This document shows positions 18,556 to 28,151 of a stretch of DNA of 35,016 nucleotides, piece by piece (the first letter of the stretch is position 1; each line of letters begins with the position of its first letter). A program made the translations under genes and the position numbers. The notes under the pieces are model-generated. The model ran no database searches. It saw only the letters and a program-made list of their open reading frames with translations, and had not been told where the DNA came from. The stretch comes from Elusimicrobiota bacterium (GTDB taxonomy: Bacteria; Elusimicrobiota; Elusimicrobia; UBA1565; UBA9628). The stretch is from positions 1 through 35,016 of the forward strand of contig DAHVNA010000021.1 in NCBI GenBank assembly GCA_027319565.1, written 5' to 3'.

Positions 18556-21360
18556 ATGACTGAAGTCGAACCCGCGAAGTATTCGCAGACATTAAATCTG
18601 CCCAAGACCGATTTCCCGATGCGCGGGGATTTGCCGGTCAAAGAACCCGCTTGGCTCAAATTTTGGGCGGAGAATAATATTTACGAGGAAATCCAAAAAC
18701 GCGCGGGAGAGTCTTTTGTTTTGCATGACGGACCGCCTTACGCCAACGGATCTATTCACATCGGCCACGCGCTCAACAAAATTTTAAAAGATATCGTCAT
18801 TAAATCCCGCGCGCTGATGGGCCGCAAGACGCCCTACGTTCCGGGTTGGGATTGTCACGGGCTTCCCATTGAGGCCGCGCTCTTAAAAGAGAAAAAAATG
18901 TCTCAGCGCGGCATTAAAGACGTTCCGGCTTTCAGAAAAGACGCGGCGGAGTTTGCCGAGAGATTCATTCAAACCCAAAGAGAGGATTTTAAGCGTCTTG
19001 GAGTTTCGGCGGATTGGGAGAATCCCTACCGCACGATGACCAAAGAGTATGAGGCCGAGGTTTTGTCGGTTTTTCGCCGTCTTTTGCAAAAGGGCCTGAT
19101 TTACCGGGGGCTCAAGCCCGTTTATTGGTGCATTTCGTGCGAGACAGCCCTTGCTGAAGCCGAGATCGAATACAAAGATAAAACATCGCCCTCGGTTTAT
19201 GTCGCTTTTCCAGCGGAGTACGGCACTACTCCTATCAATGTCTTGATTTGGACCACGACGCCCTGGACATTGCCAGCCAACCGAGCTGTGGCCTACAATC
19301 AGGCTCTCGATTACATACTGGTTGAAGTGGAATCATCACCAAAACCTTTTCTTGTTGCCAGGGAACGCTATGAGGCTTTAAAACAAAAACTCAAGTGGGA
19401 TAATTCAAAGATTCTATGGGAAGAGAAGCTGAAAGATGGCATGGAAGGAACTTGGGAAAACCCGCCATCTCCGATGGGGCCACGGACTTTCTACCAAAGG
19501 CCATGGGAAAAAACTTCCGAGGGGAAATTATGCCCCGCAACTTACGTGACTGCGGAAGATGGGACGGGCCTGGTCCACACCGCGCCGGGACACGGAGCGG
19601 ATGACTTTGAGACCGGTCAAAAATACGGACTTGAGACTCTGTGTCCCGTGGACGCTTCCGGCCGCTTTACCGAGGATGCTCCGGAATTTTTGCGCGGGCT
19701 TAAAGTGTTTCCCGAAGGCAACGAAGCCGTCATCGCCGATCTTAAGAAGCGCGGGATGCTTTTAGCCGAAGAAAAAATCACCCACAGCTATCCCCATTGC
19801 TGGAGATGCAAAAACCCCGTGATTTTCCGCGCGACCAATCAATGGTTTCTTTCTTTGGATAAAGCGCAATCCTTGAGAAGCGATCTTCTGAAGGCGATTG
19901 ATCAAGTCCATTGGGTTCCCGCCGTTGGAAAAAGCCGCATTGGTAGCATGGTTGAGAATCGTCCCGACTGGTGTTTGTCCCGTCAAAGGCTTTGGGGAAC
20001 GCCGATCCCGATTCTCTATTGCGCGGACAAGAGCTGTCATAAGCCTCTTCAGGATGAGGCGACCTTTGCGGCGATTGAAAATCAAGTGCGAAAATCCGGA
20101 GATGATTTTTGGTTTGAGAATTGGGACTCGCCTATCAATAGCGAAACTTGGCCGTTTTTGCCGAAGGGTTTGAAGTGTTCTTGTGGTTCGCAAAGTTTTA
20201 TCCGCGAAAAAGACATTTTGGATGTTTGGATGGACTCCGGAGTTTCCTGGGCCTCGGTTCTTAAAGAAGGAGAATATCCTGCCGATTTGTATCTTGAAGG
20301 CTCGGATCAACACAGGGGTTGGTTTCAGAGTTCGCTGGTTTTGTCTGTGGGCGTCAACGGGAAAGCTCCTTATAAATCGGTTTTGACCCATGGCTTTGTG
20401 CTCGATGAAAAAGGCCGGGCGATGCACAAATCGACGGGAAATGTTGTGAGCCCTCAGGAAGTGATCAAAAAATACGGGGCCGATATTTTGCGGCTCTGGG
20501 TCGCCTTGTCCGATTACGGCGATGATGTCCGGATTTCGGATAAAATCTTGGAAGGCCCCATTGAGTCTTACCGAAAAATTCGGAACACCCTGCGTTATCT
20601 TTTGGGAAACACTTTCGATTTTAATCCGAAAGACGACGCGCTTAAATCCGAAAATTTGCCGCCGCTTGAGCGATATGTCTTAAACCGCTTAGCCGTCTTG
20701 CGCCAAGAAGTTCTCTCTCATTATGAGGCTTTTGAGTTTCGCGCCGCCGCGAGAAAAATCGTCGATTTTTGCGCTTTTGACCTCTCCGCGTTCTATTGCG
20801 ATATCGTCAAAGATCGGCTTTACACCTATGCCGCTTCTCATCCGCAGCGCCGCGCGGCTCAAGCGGTTTTGGCGGAATGCTTAAACGTCCTTTTGCCTTT
20901 GACCTCCCCGATTCTTCCGTTTACCATGGAAGAGGCCTGGCAGGAGGGCCCCAAGCGCTGGGGAGAGGCGGACAGCGTTCTTTTGCGCGTCTTAAACGCC
21001 GAGAGGCATCCAATCGACAACGTGGACGGCTCTTTGATCGATCAGGCGCGGGAAATACGCGAAATGGTGCAGAAGAAACTCGAAGAAGCGAGAAGCGCGA
21101 AATTAATCGGCAGTTCGCTTGAGTCAAAAGTCCTTCTCAAAGGAAAATTTCCCACAAGCTCCGACGAGCATTTCAAGGATTTTAACTGGGCCGAGTTTTT
21201 CATCGTCAGTCAAGTCGAGCTCAAGAGCTCTTCTTCTGACATTTCTATTGAAATTCTTCATGCCGACGGCGCCAAATGCCCGCGCTGTTGGCGCTATACC
21301 CAGGACATCGGCTTAAAACATCCTGAACTTTGCGGTAGATGCGCTCAAAATCTTGGCTGA
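18556..21360 (+). CDS. ileS: Isoleucine--tRNA ligase (bacterial type 1)
   Basis: [75 protein letters not shown] (KMSKS position), C-terminal Zn site CPRC...CGRC. Confidence 0.98.
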   Translation: MTEVEPAKYSQTLNLPKTDFPMRGDLPVKEPAWLKFWAENNIYEEIQKRAGESFVLHDGPPYANGSIHIGHALNKILKDIVIKSRALMGRKTPYVPGWDCHGLPIEAALLKEKKMSQRGIKDVPAFRKDAAEFAERFIQTQREDFKRLGVSADWENPYRTMTKEYEAEVLSVFRRLLQKGLIYRGLKPVYWCISCETALAEAEIEYKDKTSPSVYVAFPAEYGTTPINVLIWTTTPWTLPANRAVAYNQALDYILVEVESSPKPFLVARERYEALKQKLKWDNSKILWEEKLKDGMEGTWENPPSPMGPRTFYQRPWEKTSEGKLCPATYVTAEDGTGLVHTAPGHGADDFETGQKYGLETLCPVDASGRFTEDAPEFLRGLKVFPEGNEAVIADLKKRGMLLAEEKITHSYPHCWRCKNPVIFRATNQWFLSLDKAQSLRSDLLKAIDQVHWVPAVGKSRIGSMVENRPDWCLSRQRLWGTPIPILYCADKSCHKPLQDEATFAAIENQVRKSGDDFWFENWDSPINSETWPFLPKGLKCSCGSQSFIREKDILDVWMDSGVSWASVLKEGEYPADLYLEGSDQHRGWFQSSLVLSVGVNGKAPYKSVLTHGFVLDEKGRAMHKSTGNVVSPQEVIKKYGADILRLWVALSDYGDDVRISDKILEGPIESYRKIRNTLRYLLGNTFDFNPKDDALKSENLPPLERYVLNRLAVLRQEVLSHYEAFEFRAAARKIVDFCAFDLSAFYCDIVKDRLYTYAASHPQRRAAQAVLAECLNVLLPLTSPILPFTMEEAWQEGPKRWGEADSVLLRVLNAERHPIDNVDGSLIDQAREIREMVQKKLEEARSAKLIGSSLESKVLLKGKFPTSSDEHFKDFNWAEFFIVSQVELKSSSSDISIEILHADGAKCPRCWRYTQDIGLKHPELCGRCAQNLG

Positions 21361-21902
21361 GAAAATCCTTGATCAATCACCCTCACCCTAACCCTCTCCC
21401 CTCAAGGGAGAGGGAAATTTTAGGTTTTAAATTTATTGTTTTAAGGCTGACAAGCCTCGCAATTCTTTTTGTTTTGGACCGCGTAACCAAAATCTGGGCG
21501 ATGCGCGATTTAAGACTGATCGGCTTTATTCCCGTTCTTCCGTTTTTTTCCTTAACCTATGTCGAGAATACCGGCATGGCCTTCGGCCTCGGCCATCACA
21601 AGAATTTTTTCTTTCTCATCATTACGATGATTCTCTTGCCGGTTCTTTTCTTTCTCCAATGGAATTGGCGCGACAAGAATTCTTGGATTCAGGTGGGGCT
21701 TTTGTTGGTGACGGCCGGAGCCTTGGGAAATCTCTACGACCGAATGGCCTACGGCTATGTGGTCGATTTCCTTTATATTCATTACTGGCCGGTTTTTAAC
21801 GTCGCCGATTCCTGCATTACAATCGGGGCGCTGTGTTTGGCCTGGGGGTTTCAGCGGGAAGAAAAATCCGGGAACTTTTTGGGCGCTCAACCGTATAATT
21901 AA
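21339..21902 (+). CDS. lspA: Lipoprotein signal peptidase II with a 30-aa N-terminal insert
   Basis: [38 protein letters not shown]. Canonical ileS-lspA order; start overlaps the ileS 3' end. Confidence 0.93.
   Translation: MRSKSWLRKSLINHPHPNPLPSREREILGFKFIVLRLTSLAILFVLDRVTKIWAMRDLRLIGFIPVLPFFSLTYVENTGMAFGLGHHKNFFFLIITMILLPVLFFLQWNWRDKNSWIQVGLLLVTAGALGNLYDRMAYGYVVDFLYIHYWPVFNVADSCITIGALCLAWGFQREEKSGNFLGAQPYN
21380..21414 (+). repeat. BoxC/REP-like purine-pyrimidine hairpin element
   Basis: CCCTCACCCTAA-CCCTCTCCC-ctcaa-GGGAGAGGG: perfect 9-bp stem with a pyrimidine-rich 5' tail, resembling enterobacterial BoxC-type elements. Confidence 0.8.
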
Positions 21903-21943
21903 TGTAGAATAGACTAGATTACGTCGGAAAGGGGGGGGAAATT

Positions 21944-23041
21944 ATGCAAGCGACAAACGAAAAAACGAAATCCTTGGAGTTGGCGTTGGCTCAGATCGAA
22001 AAATCTTACGGCAAAGAATCCATCATGAGAATGGGCGAGCGCGCGGCCAAAATCAGAGTTGAAGTGATTCCGACGGGAATTCTCCCCCTGGATCTCGCCT
22101 TGGGCGTCGGCGGTTTTCCGCGCGGGCGCATTATCGAAATTTACGGGCCGGAATCTTCCGGAAAGACGACCTTGGCTCTTGAGGCCGTGGCCCAGGCCCA
22201 GAAATTGGGCGGAACGGCAGCCTATATCGACGCCGAACACGCCATGGACCCGGCTTATTCCCGGCAATTGGGGGTCGATGTCGACAGCCTTCTTATTTCT
22301 CAGCCCGATTCCGGAGAAGAGGCTCTTGAGATCACCGAAAAACTGACGCGCTCAAGCGCGGTGGACGTCATCGTGGTTGATTCGGTCGCGGCCTTGGTTC
22401 CCAAGGCTGAAATTGACGGCGAAATGGGAGACAGTCACGTGGGGCTTCAGGCAAGACTCATGAGCCAAGCCTTGCGAAAGCTGACCGCCGCCGTTGCTCA
22501 GAGCCGCACTTGCCTTATCTTTATCAATCAAATTCGCAATAAAATCGGCGTTCCTTCTTATATGAACCCGGAGACGACGACCGGCGGGCTGGCCCTTAAA
22601 TTCTACGCCAGCATGCGCCTTGAAATCCGCAAGGCGGAGACCATTAAAGACGGGGACGTGGTCATTGGCGCGCGCACCAGGGTCAAGGTGGTGAAAAACA
22701 AGGTCGCTCCGCCTTACCGCACGGCGGAATTTGACATGATTCACGGCCACGGGGTTTCCAAGGAAGGCGGTCTTTTGGATATGGCGGTCGAGGCTCAAAT
22801 TATCGAGAAATCGGGATCATGGTTCTTATACGGCGAAGAGCGCCTAGGCCAAGGTCGCGAAAACGCGAAAGCGACTCTTAAAGATAATCCGGAATTAGCC
22901 TCAAAAATTGAAAAAGCTCTTAAGGCCAAGTTCTTGGTGGCAACCCCGCCGGCGGAGAACGCCGCTTCTCCCGCTAAGGATGACAAGGTCGCCAAGCCAA
23001 GCGTTTCCGCCGGAAAAACCGCCGCCGTCAGCGGTCGATAG
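21944..23041 (+). CDS. recA: Recombinase RecA
   Basis: [80 protein letters not shown]. Confidence 0.99.
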   Translation: MQATNEKTKSLELALAQIEKSYGKESIMRMGERAAKIRVEVIPTGILPLDLALGVGGFPRGRIIEIYGPESSGKTTLALEAVAQAQKLGGTAAYIDAEHAMDPAYSRQLGVDVDSLLISQPDSGEEALEITEKLTRSSAVDVIVVDSVAALVPKAEIDGEMGDSHVGLQARLMSQALRKLTAAVAQSRTCLIFINQIRNKIGVPSYMNPETTTGGLALKFYASMRLEIRKAETIKDGDVVIGARTRVKVVKNKVAPPYRTAEFDMIHGHGVSKEGGLLDMAVEAQIIEKSGSWFLYGEERLGQGRENAKATLKDNPELASKIEKALKAKFLVATPPAENAASPAKDDKVAKPSVSAGKTAAVSGR

Positions 23042-23046
23042 TTTCC

Positions 23047-23072
23047 CGCGGTTTTACTAGACTAAAACCGTG
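23047..23072. repeat. Inverted repeat between the recA stop and the xerD start
   Basis: CGGTTTTA-ctagac-TAAAACCG (perfect 8-bp arms, 6-bp spacer). It overlaps a TAGACT -10-like box and the GTG start. Confidence 0.6.
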
Positions 23073-23987
23073 ACTGGGGAAGGTCCAGAAAAAGCGCCGG
23101 CTGGGCGCCTGCCCGGTTTGGAGGAATACGGCCGCTATATCCGGCTTGAGCGCGGTTTGTCTCCCAATACGGTTGAGGCCTACCTCTCGGATTTGAGGCA
23201 GTTTGGGCTCTATTTAAAAGAGGCGGAGCTTTCATTTGAGACAGTTCAAACCAGGGACCTCGAAAACTATTTTTGGAAGCTTAAGACCGAAAAAAAACTC
23301 GCCGCCGCTTCTCTGTTTAGAAAAATGGAGGCGGTTAAGTCTTTTTATGTTTTTCTAGTTTCCGAGAAAAAAATGGAAAAAAGTCCGGCGGCTTCCTTTC
23401 GTTCGCCCCGGATGCCGCAACGCCTGCCGAAAACCCTGGCGCTTTCCGAGATTGAGACCTTGATGCGCCTTGAAGACTTGAGCTCTTTTGAGAAAATTCG
23501 GCTGAGAACCATGCTGGAATTAATTTACGCGACCGGCATGCGGGCCTCGGAAATTTTGGCTTTAAAATCGGACGCCATTAATTTTCAAGACGGATGGGTG
23601 CGGGTTTTGGGGAAGGGCTCAAAAGAAAGACTGATTCCCATTCATTCAACGGCGATTGCGTGGTTAAACCGATACGCCAAGGCCCGGGAATCCCGCTTTC
23701 CCGGAGAGGACTCTTCCGAATTTTTCCTCAGCCGGAGAGGAAAAAAACTCAGCCGGGTCCAGTTCTGGCGGGAAATTCAAGCCCTCGGTAAAAAAGCCGG
23801 AATTTCTCATCTTCATCCGCATCTGTTTCGCCATTCTTTCGCGACCCATCTGCTTCAAAACGGGGCCGATCTAAGATCGGTTCAAGAGCTTTTGGGACAT
23901 GCGAGTTTGTCGACGACCGAAATCTATACCTCGGTGGACCGCTCGGGGCTTAAAAAAGCCCATGAGCGCTTTCACCCAAGACCCTAA
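23070..23987 (+). CDS. xerD: Chromosomal tyrosine recombinase, XerD-like
   Basis: LERGLSPNTVEAYLSDL (SAM-like N domain), LELIYATGMRASE, GKGSKERLIP, HPHLFRHSFATHLLQNGADLRSVQELLGHASLSTTEIYT. Confidence 0.88.
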   Translation: MTGEGPEKAPAGRLPGLEEYGRYIRLERGLSPNTVEAYLSDLRQFGLYLKEAELSFETVQTRDLENYFWKLKTEKKLAAASLFRKMEAVKSFYVFLVSEKKMEKSPAASFRSPRMPQRLPKTLALSEIETLMRLEDLSSFEKIRLRTMLELIYATGMRASEILALKSDAINFQDGWVRVLGKGSKERLIPIHSTAIAWLNRYAKARESRFPGEDSSEFFLSRRGKKLSRVQFWREIQALGKKAGISHLHPHLFRHSFATHLLQNGADLRSVQELLGHASLSTTEIYTSVDRSGLKKAHERFHPRP

Positions 23988-24631
23988 TGAAAAAAATTAT
24001 TTTAACGACCGTTCTTTTCTTGTTTCCCCTTTTGGCTCAGGCTGCCGCGAGCAAGGATCAGATTAAACTCGTGGAATATTTTTTAAAGACCCCGACTAAA
24101 AATCTCAATCCTGATATGGTGCCGGATTTCTTGTCGGTGGGCGAGAAAAATTTGCCCCAAAGACTGCGCCGTGGGTACGTTTCCAAGGTGATGGAGCTCT
24201 ACGGCCTCAGAAAGACCGCGGAAGGGGAAAAACAAGGTTTTGTCAGAACTCCGGATAATTCTTCCTCTTCCTGCCGTGAATTTCATGTTAAAAAAGGCCT
24301 CAGAATGTATAGTTCGGTTTTTTCCAAGGACTTGGTGAAAGGAAAAAGTATTTCAGAAATAGTCCGAATGCTTCGTTTAGGGCATTTCTCGCGCCTCTCC
24401 AGCCAATACCTGCCTTGTCTTCAAAAAAGAACTCAATGCACGGAACAAGACATGGTGTGCGCTTTCACGCTCAGTGTTTTATCCGTTAAAAAAGGCAAAG
24501 GCCGCCGTAATTATTATTTTATTTATGACAAAGATCCTCTCGGGGTTATCTATTCTCTCTGTGAGCGCCCCAATGTCGGCGGGAACACCAATTTCTTCGG
24601 GGAACGCCCGGGAGTCCTTTGTTCGCATTAA
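23987..24631 (+). CDS. Hypothetical exported protein with 6 Cys
   Basis: Signal peptide MKKIILTTVLFLFPLLAQA; TAATG overlap with the xerD stop. Confidence 0.8.
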   Translation: MKKIILTTVLFLFPLLAQAAASKDQIKLVEYFLKTPTKNLNPDMVPDFLSVGEKNLPQRLRRGYVSKVMELYGLRKTAEGEKQGFVRTPDNSSSSCREFHVKKGLRMYSSVFSKDLVKGKSISEIVRMLRLGHFSRLSSQYLPCLQKRTQCTEQDMVCAFTLSVLSVKKGKGRRNYYFIYDKDPLGVIYSLCERPNVGGNTNFFGERPGVLCSH

Positions 24632-24635
24632 ACGG

Positions 24636-24664
24636 TTGAATTAATTTCAGGAGCCTGTTACACT
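24636..24664 (+). promoter_or_regulatory. Promoter TTGAAT-17-(TGt)TACACT
   Basis: -35 at 24636-24641, extended -10 at 24656-24664, ATG 7 nt downstream. Confidence 0.6.
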
Positions 24665-24671
24665 GGTAGAG

Positions 24672-24869
24672 ATGATTCCCAGATATTCTATTAGAGTGGT
24701 CGCTCGCGGCGTTCAAGACGATTCGCTCAGCTATTGGCGCGGCAAATCCGCGGAAGAAAGACTTTCCGCGGTGGAATTTTTGCGCGAGCAATACTACGCC
24801 CTTTCCGGGTATAAAACCCTTCCAAGGCTCATTCGCGTGTGTGTCTTGCTAAGAAAGGAGGGCGAATAG
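24672..24869 (+). CDS. Small protein, probable partner of the downstream nucleotidyltransferase (TA-like)
   Basis: 65 aa with DLxYW+xKxxEERLxAVExLR-like pattern (SLSYWRGKSAEERLSAVEFLR), a pattern I associate with small genes preceding such NTases. Has its own promoter. Confidence 0.65.
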   Translation: MIPRYSIRVVARGVQDDSLSYWRGKSAEERLSAVEFLREQYYALSGYKTLPRLIRVCVLLRKEGE

Positions 24870-24883
24870 ACTCATCGGGTCCA

Positions 24884-25342
24884 ATGAATATCCATCCCGA
24901 TTTTTCCGATTTCATCGCGGCCCTTTTGCGTTGCCGCGTCGAATTTGTGATCGTGGGGGCTTTTGACTTGGCGTTCTTGGGAAGTCCCCGATACACCGGA
25001 GACTTGGATATCTGGATCAGGCCGACGGCCTTAAACGCGCGAGCGGCGCTCAAAGCGTTGAAAGAATTTGGCCTAGACTCTCTTTCCCTGAGCGAAGAAG
25101 ACATTCTTTCCGGCAATGTCATTCAATTGGGCTATCCGCCGGTCCGCATCGATCTTTTGACGGCTCTGGACGGCGTCACGGCCGATGAAATTTGGGCCGG
25201 CCGACAAGAAGGGCCGATGGGCGAGCATGTCGTCAATTACATGGATAAGAACTCCTTCCTCAAAAATAAGCGCGCTATTGGCCGCCATAAGGATTTAGCC
25301 GATATCGAAGCCATTGAAGGTAATCCGGAGTCGGAAAAGTAA
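24884..25342 (+). CDS. Pol-beta superfamily nucleotidyltransferase (DUF6036/AbiEii-like)
   Basis: DFSDFI..L....VEFVIVGAF...GSPRYTGDLDIWI, RIDLLT, KNKRAIGRHKDLADIEAI. ATG 24884 preferred over GTG 24839. Confidence 0.78.
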   Translation: MNIHPDFSDFIAALLRCRVEFVIVGAFDLAFLGSPRYTGDLDIWIRPTALNARAALKALKEFGLDSLSLSEEDILSGNVIQLGYPPVRIDLLTALDGVTADEIWAGRQEGPMGEHVVNYMDKNSFLKNKRAIGRHKDLADIEAIEGNPESEK

Positions 25343-25398
25343 AAAATCGGTAAAAAATGGCGGGCGGCCTTGACGGAATTTAAAATCGGGGCTATAAA
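25338..25398 (+). promoter_or_regulatory. 20-bp tandem A-tract motif plus promoter TTGACG-17-TATAAA
   Basis: AGTAAAAAATCGGTAAAAAA at 25338-25357, 12-nt gap, TTGACG at 25370, TATAAA at 25393, then SD GGGGAG. Confidence 0.7.
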
Positions 25399-25415
25399 TA
25401 GGTCAGGGGGAGTTT

Positions 25416-26615
25416 ATGAATAAAAGAAATGCGGCGGCGCTAGTCGTTTTAGCGATCATGTTTCTTTCCTTGGGCGGCGCATGGGCACGGCCTTGGAGTC
25501 CTGATGAAAAATCAGGCGATGATTCGGTGAGCGTTTTGTCTCAGGCGAGTCAGAATGCCGCTGAGAATCAGGCGACGGCTTCGACGAATTCCACGGGAAA
25601 ATCAGCTTGCCCCATTTTGTCTCGCGGGGATTTGCGGCAAAAGCTCAAGGTTCTCGTTTTAGAGAGCGCGGCTGAGTCTCGCGGAGCTCTCATGCTTTCG
25701 GATCAAAGAGTTTCTTCCGGAGTCGGGATTTGGCTTGGCGGGAAGAAGGCCCCCTCGGGTATTTTCAATTGCGTCTTTCCTTACAAAGGGCGAAGAACTC
25801 GGCAAAGCCCGGCCGAGGTTTCATTGGCCAAAGACATGAGCCGTTGGGTCGCCGCAAACCCGCCGGCCGTTTTAGGCGCAAAATTACCTGCGGCCTGGGT
25901 CGGAAATTTTCTCAATGCGGCTCAATCCGATTCTTTGAAAATCATCGGGAAATCTGCCTTTAAAAGCAAAAAAGGAGGGCGGAAAACGGAGAAAGAAAAT
26001 AAGTCCACCGCGAAAAACACGTCGAGCGTCCAGTCCGCGATTGATAAAGCTAAATCAGCGCAGGCTCAGACCGATGCCCAGAATAAGGCCGTTGAACGCG
26101 CTGTCGGTCAACCCGCTTTAAAAATTCCGAGTCCGGCGGTTCTGGTTAAGCCTATACAAACCCCCATTCTTTCTCCAATTCTCGCCGGCTGGAGAGAAGC
26201 CGGGCAAAACAAGGCGGCGGACGTCAATGATTTGATGACCAATCACGGCTGGATTTCGGCGGTGTCTCCGCTTCCAAATGGCCATGCCGATCCCGGAATC
26301 ATGAGTCCGAATCATCATGAATTTTATGACGTCAACACCCAAAAGGTCTATGTTTTTACTCCCGCCTCTCCCGTGAGGGCAAAAAACCCCAAGAAGCCTC
26401 AGCCAAAACCTGTTTCTCCTCGCTGGAAGGAAGTTGCGCTCAATAAGTCTGTGGACGTCAATGATTTAATGACGAATCACGGCTGGTTTTCGGCGATGAC
26501 TCCTTTCCCGAGCAGCGATGCCGATCCCGGAATCATGAGCCCGAACCGGCATGAATTTTATGACATCAACACCAAGAAGGTTTACGTTTTAGAGTCCTCT
26601 CTGACTCAGAAATAG
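25416..26615 (+). CDS. Hypothetical exported protein with two C-terminal 55-aa repeats
   Basis: Signal peptide MNKRNAAALVVLAIMFLSLGGAWA, Lys/Pro-rich linkers, duplicated DVNDLMTNHGW...ADPGIMSPN.HEFYD.NT.KVYV. Confidence 0.82.
   Translation: MNKRNAAALVVLAIMFLSLGGAWARPWSPDEKSGDDSVSVLSQASQNAAENQATASTNSTGKSACPILSRGDLRQKLKVLVLESAAESRGALMLSDQRVSSGVGIWLGGKKAPSGIFNCVFPYKGRRTRQSPAEVSLAKDMSRWVAANPPAVLGAKLPAAWVGNFLNAAQSDSLKIIGKSAFKSKKGGRKTEKENKSTAKNTSSVQSAIDKAKSAQAQTDAQNKAVERAVGQPALKIPSPAVLVKPIQTPILSPILAGWREAGQNKAADVNDLMTNHGWISAVSPLPNGHADPGIMSPNHHEFYDVNTQKVYVFTPASPVRAKNPKKPQPKPVSPRWKEVALNKSVDVNDLMTNHGWFSAMTPFPSSDADPGIMSPNRHEFYDINTKKVYVLESSLTQK
26190..26588 (+). repeat. Intragenic duplication, 165 bp x2 (26190-26354 and 26424-26588)
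   Basis: 39/55 identical residues by manual alignment; 234-bp period. Confidence 0.9.
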
Positions 26616-26625
26616 AAGTTAGACC

Positions 26626-27531
26626 TTACTTTAAATGCCTTTGAAAGGCTCGTGCGACGTATCGGGGAATCCAGAAGAGATGGATCATCGCGCTGTAGTG
26701 CCCAAAGGGAACCCACATCTGGCGGCTGTCGGGAAAGGCTTCCTTGAGTTTAAGCGCGTTTTCTCGCGGGATGATTTGGTCCCAGCTGGCGTTGATTAAA
26801 AGAGCGGGCTTGTTTTTGTTTTCCTGTCTGTAATTTAAAACATCCATCCCCGCCCAGGCTTTTTCAAGTTCATTTTCGCTAATCCCCATTTTTTTGACGA
26901 AGGGTGCCGTCATCGCGCTATGGAAAAGGAGATCAGGCAAATCCGCTCCGCCAAGCAAAAAGACCCCGTAGCGCGGAATTGAGCTGATGGAATAAGTGGC
27001 GCTGCCGACTAACGATCCCAGGCTGATGCCGAAAATGCCGATTCGAGATGGATCTATCTCGGGACGGTCCTTAAGCCAGGCAAGGGCCTGGCAGGAATCG
27101 GAAACGGCTTGACGAAAATTTTGAGCGAGGATCTTGGGATTGCGCGCCAAAAAAACTTCTCCGCTGTGAACTGACGGAGATGGTCGGCGATGAAACTGAT
27201 AGGGCGTTTCAAGAAAAAGCGTGGCAAAGCCCTTTTGGTTAAATTGACGGATAAATTGCCTTTCGATCCAGGTGTTGGGCGCGGCCATGACCGGCAAGAC
27301 TAAGATCGCGGGAAAGGGCCCGGTTCCCGTGGGAAGGGTATAATGAGCCCAGACGGTGTTATTGGCCTTAAACAGGCTATGCACACGGGAGGGAAATGTC
27401 AGAGTTTGAACGCGGGAGTCTTTTACAGGCGACTTTGAAAGTTGAAAACGCGCGGGCTTGCTCGGGCAAGAGAGGCCCAAACTCCAGGCTTGAGCGGCGA
27501 AAAGAAAAAGAAGCGTTTGAAACACAATCAT
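26626..27531 (-). CDS. Exported alpha/beta-hydrolase (esterase/peptidase S9-like fold)
   Basis: Signal peptide, LKDRPEIDPSRIGIFGISLG (GxSxG nucleophile), ASWDQIIP (Asp), PFGHYS (His). Confidence 0.85.
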   Translation of the reverse strand: MIVFQTLLFLFAAQAWSLGLSCPSKPARFQLSKSPVKDSRVQTLTFPSRVHSLFKANNTVWAHYTLPTGTGPFPAILVLPVMAAPNTWIERQFIRQFNQKGFATLFLETPYQFHRRPSPSVHSGEVFLARNPKILAQNFRQAVSDSCQALAWLKDRPEIDPSRIGIFGISLGSLVGSATYSISSIPRYGVFLLGGADLPDLLFHSAMTAPFVKKMGISENELEKAWAGMDVLNYRQENKNKPALLINASWDQIIPRENALKLKEAFPDSRQMWVPFGHYSAMIHLFWIPRYVARAFQRHLK

Positions 27532-27563
27532 TTTATAATAGAATAAACCGCGACGCCAAAAAA

Positions 27564-28151
27564 ATGAAAAAAAATCGCGCTCCGGTTCAAATTTTGGGTT
27601 TCGTTATTTTAGCGCTCGCCTTGTCTTTGTCCCTTTTTTCCTGCTCTTTCGTGACCGATTTGACCCATGAATTTAGTTTCAGTTTTAGCAAGCCCTTGAC
27701 TCCCAATCAATTCGCCCTTCAGCAAGGGATAGAAAATTTTTATTACGAGGAAGTCGACAGCGCTTTTTTTTCCGGCAATGTCGAGACTTTTTCCGATCTC
27801 TATTTGCCGACTATTTCACGGCCGATGGACTGGAATCATATCCACGCCTGGGCTCAAAAATTTTTCAAGGAGCATCCCAGCTCTCATTTCGTGGTCAAAA
27901 ATATTTTCATCGACCAGATGTCTTATGTTCGCGCGGTTGTTCGCGTCAGGTATGAAGTCCTAACCGCTGGAGGAGAAGGCAGCTTTTCGGGATACGAGAG
28001 AGATGTCTTGGTTCATCAGAAAAACGGCTGGTTTATCGCTTCCTGGGAGAAGCTTAATCCAAACGCCAAGGTCAAGGGAGATTCTAAATCCTCTTACGGC
28101 CTTTCTCTTCCCTTTGATTCCGCTGAAACCCCGGCCGCCCGCGGGCAATAG
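27564..28151 (+). CDS. Putative lipoprotein with an NTF2/SnoaL-like domain
   Basis: Start moved to ATG 27564 (MKKNRAPVQILGFVILALALSLSLFSC, lipobox-like LFSC). Pattern AFFSGNVETFSDLY...AVVRVRYEV...VLVHQKNGWFIASWE is typical of NTF2-like folds. Confidence 0.68.
   Translation: MKKNRAPVQILGFVILALALSLSLFSCSFVTDLTHEFSFSFSKPLTPNQFALQQGIENFYYEEVDSAFFSGNVETFSDLYLPTISRPMDWNHIHAWAQKFFKEHPSSHFVVKNIFIDQMSYVRAVVRVRYEVLTAGGEGSFSGYERDVLVHQKNGWFIASWEKLNPNAKVKGDSKSSYGLSLPFDSAETPAARGQ

Noticed and set aside
21890..21943. LexA box upstream of recA
   Set aside because: No match to the CTGT-N8-ACAG, GAAC-N4-GTTC or GTTC-N7-GTTC types; a lineage-specific box cannot be inferred from one site.
23070..23987. Tyrosine recombinase as a prophage or island integrase
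   Set aside because: Size and motifs fit housekeeping XerD; it sits next to recA with no phage genes or tRNA att site.
27396..27563. Extended N-terminus of the 27396-28151 ORF
   Set aside because: It overlaps the divergent hydrolase gene; ATG 27564 gives a proper lipoprotein signal.
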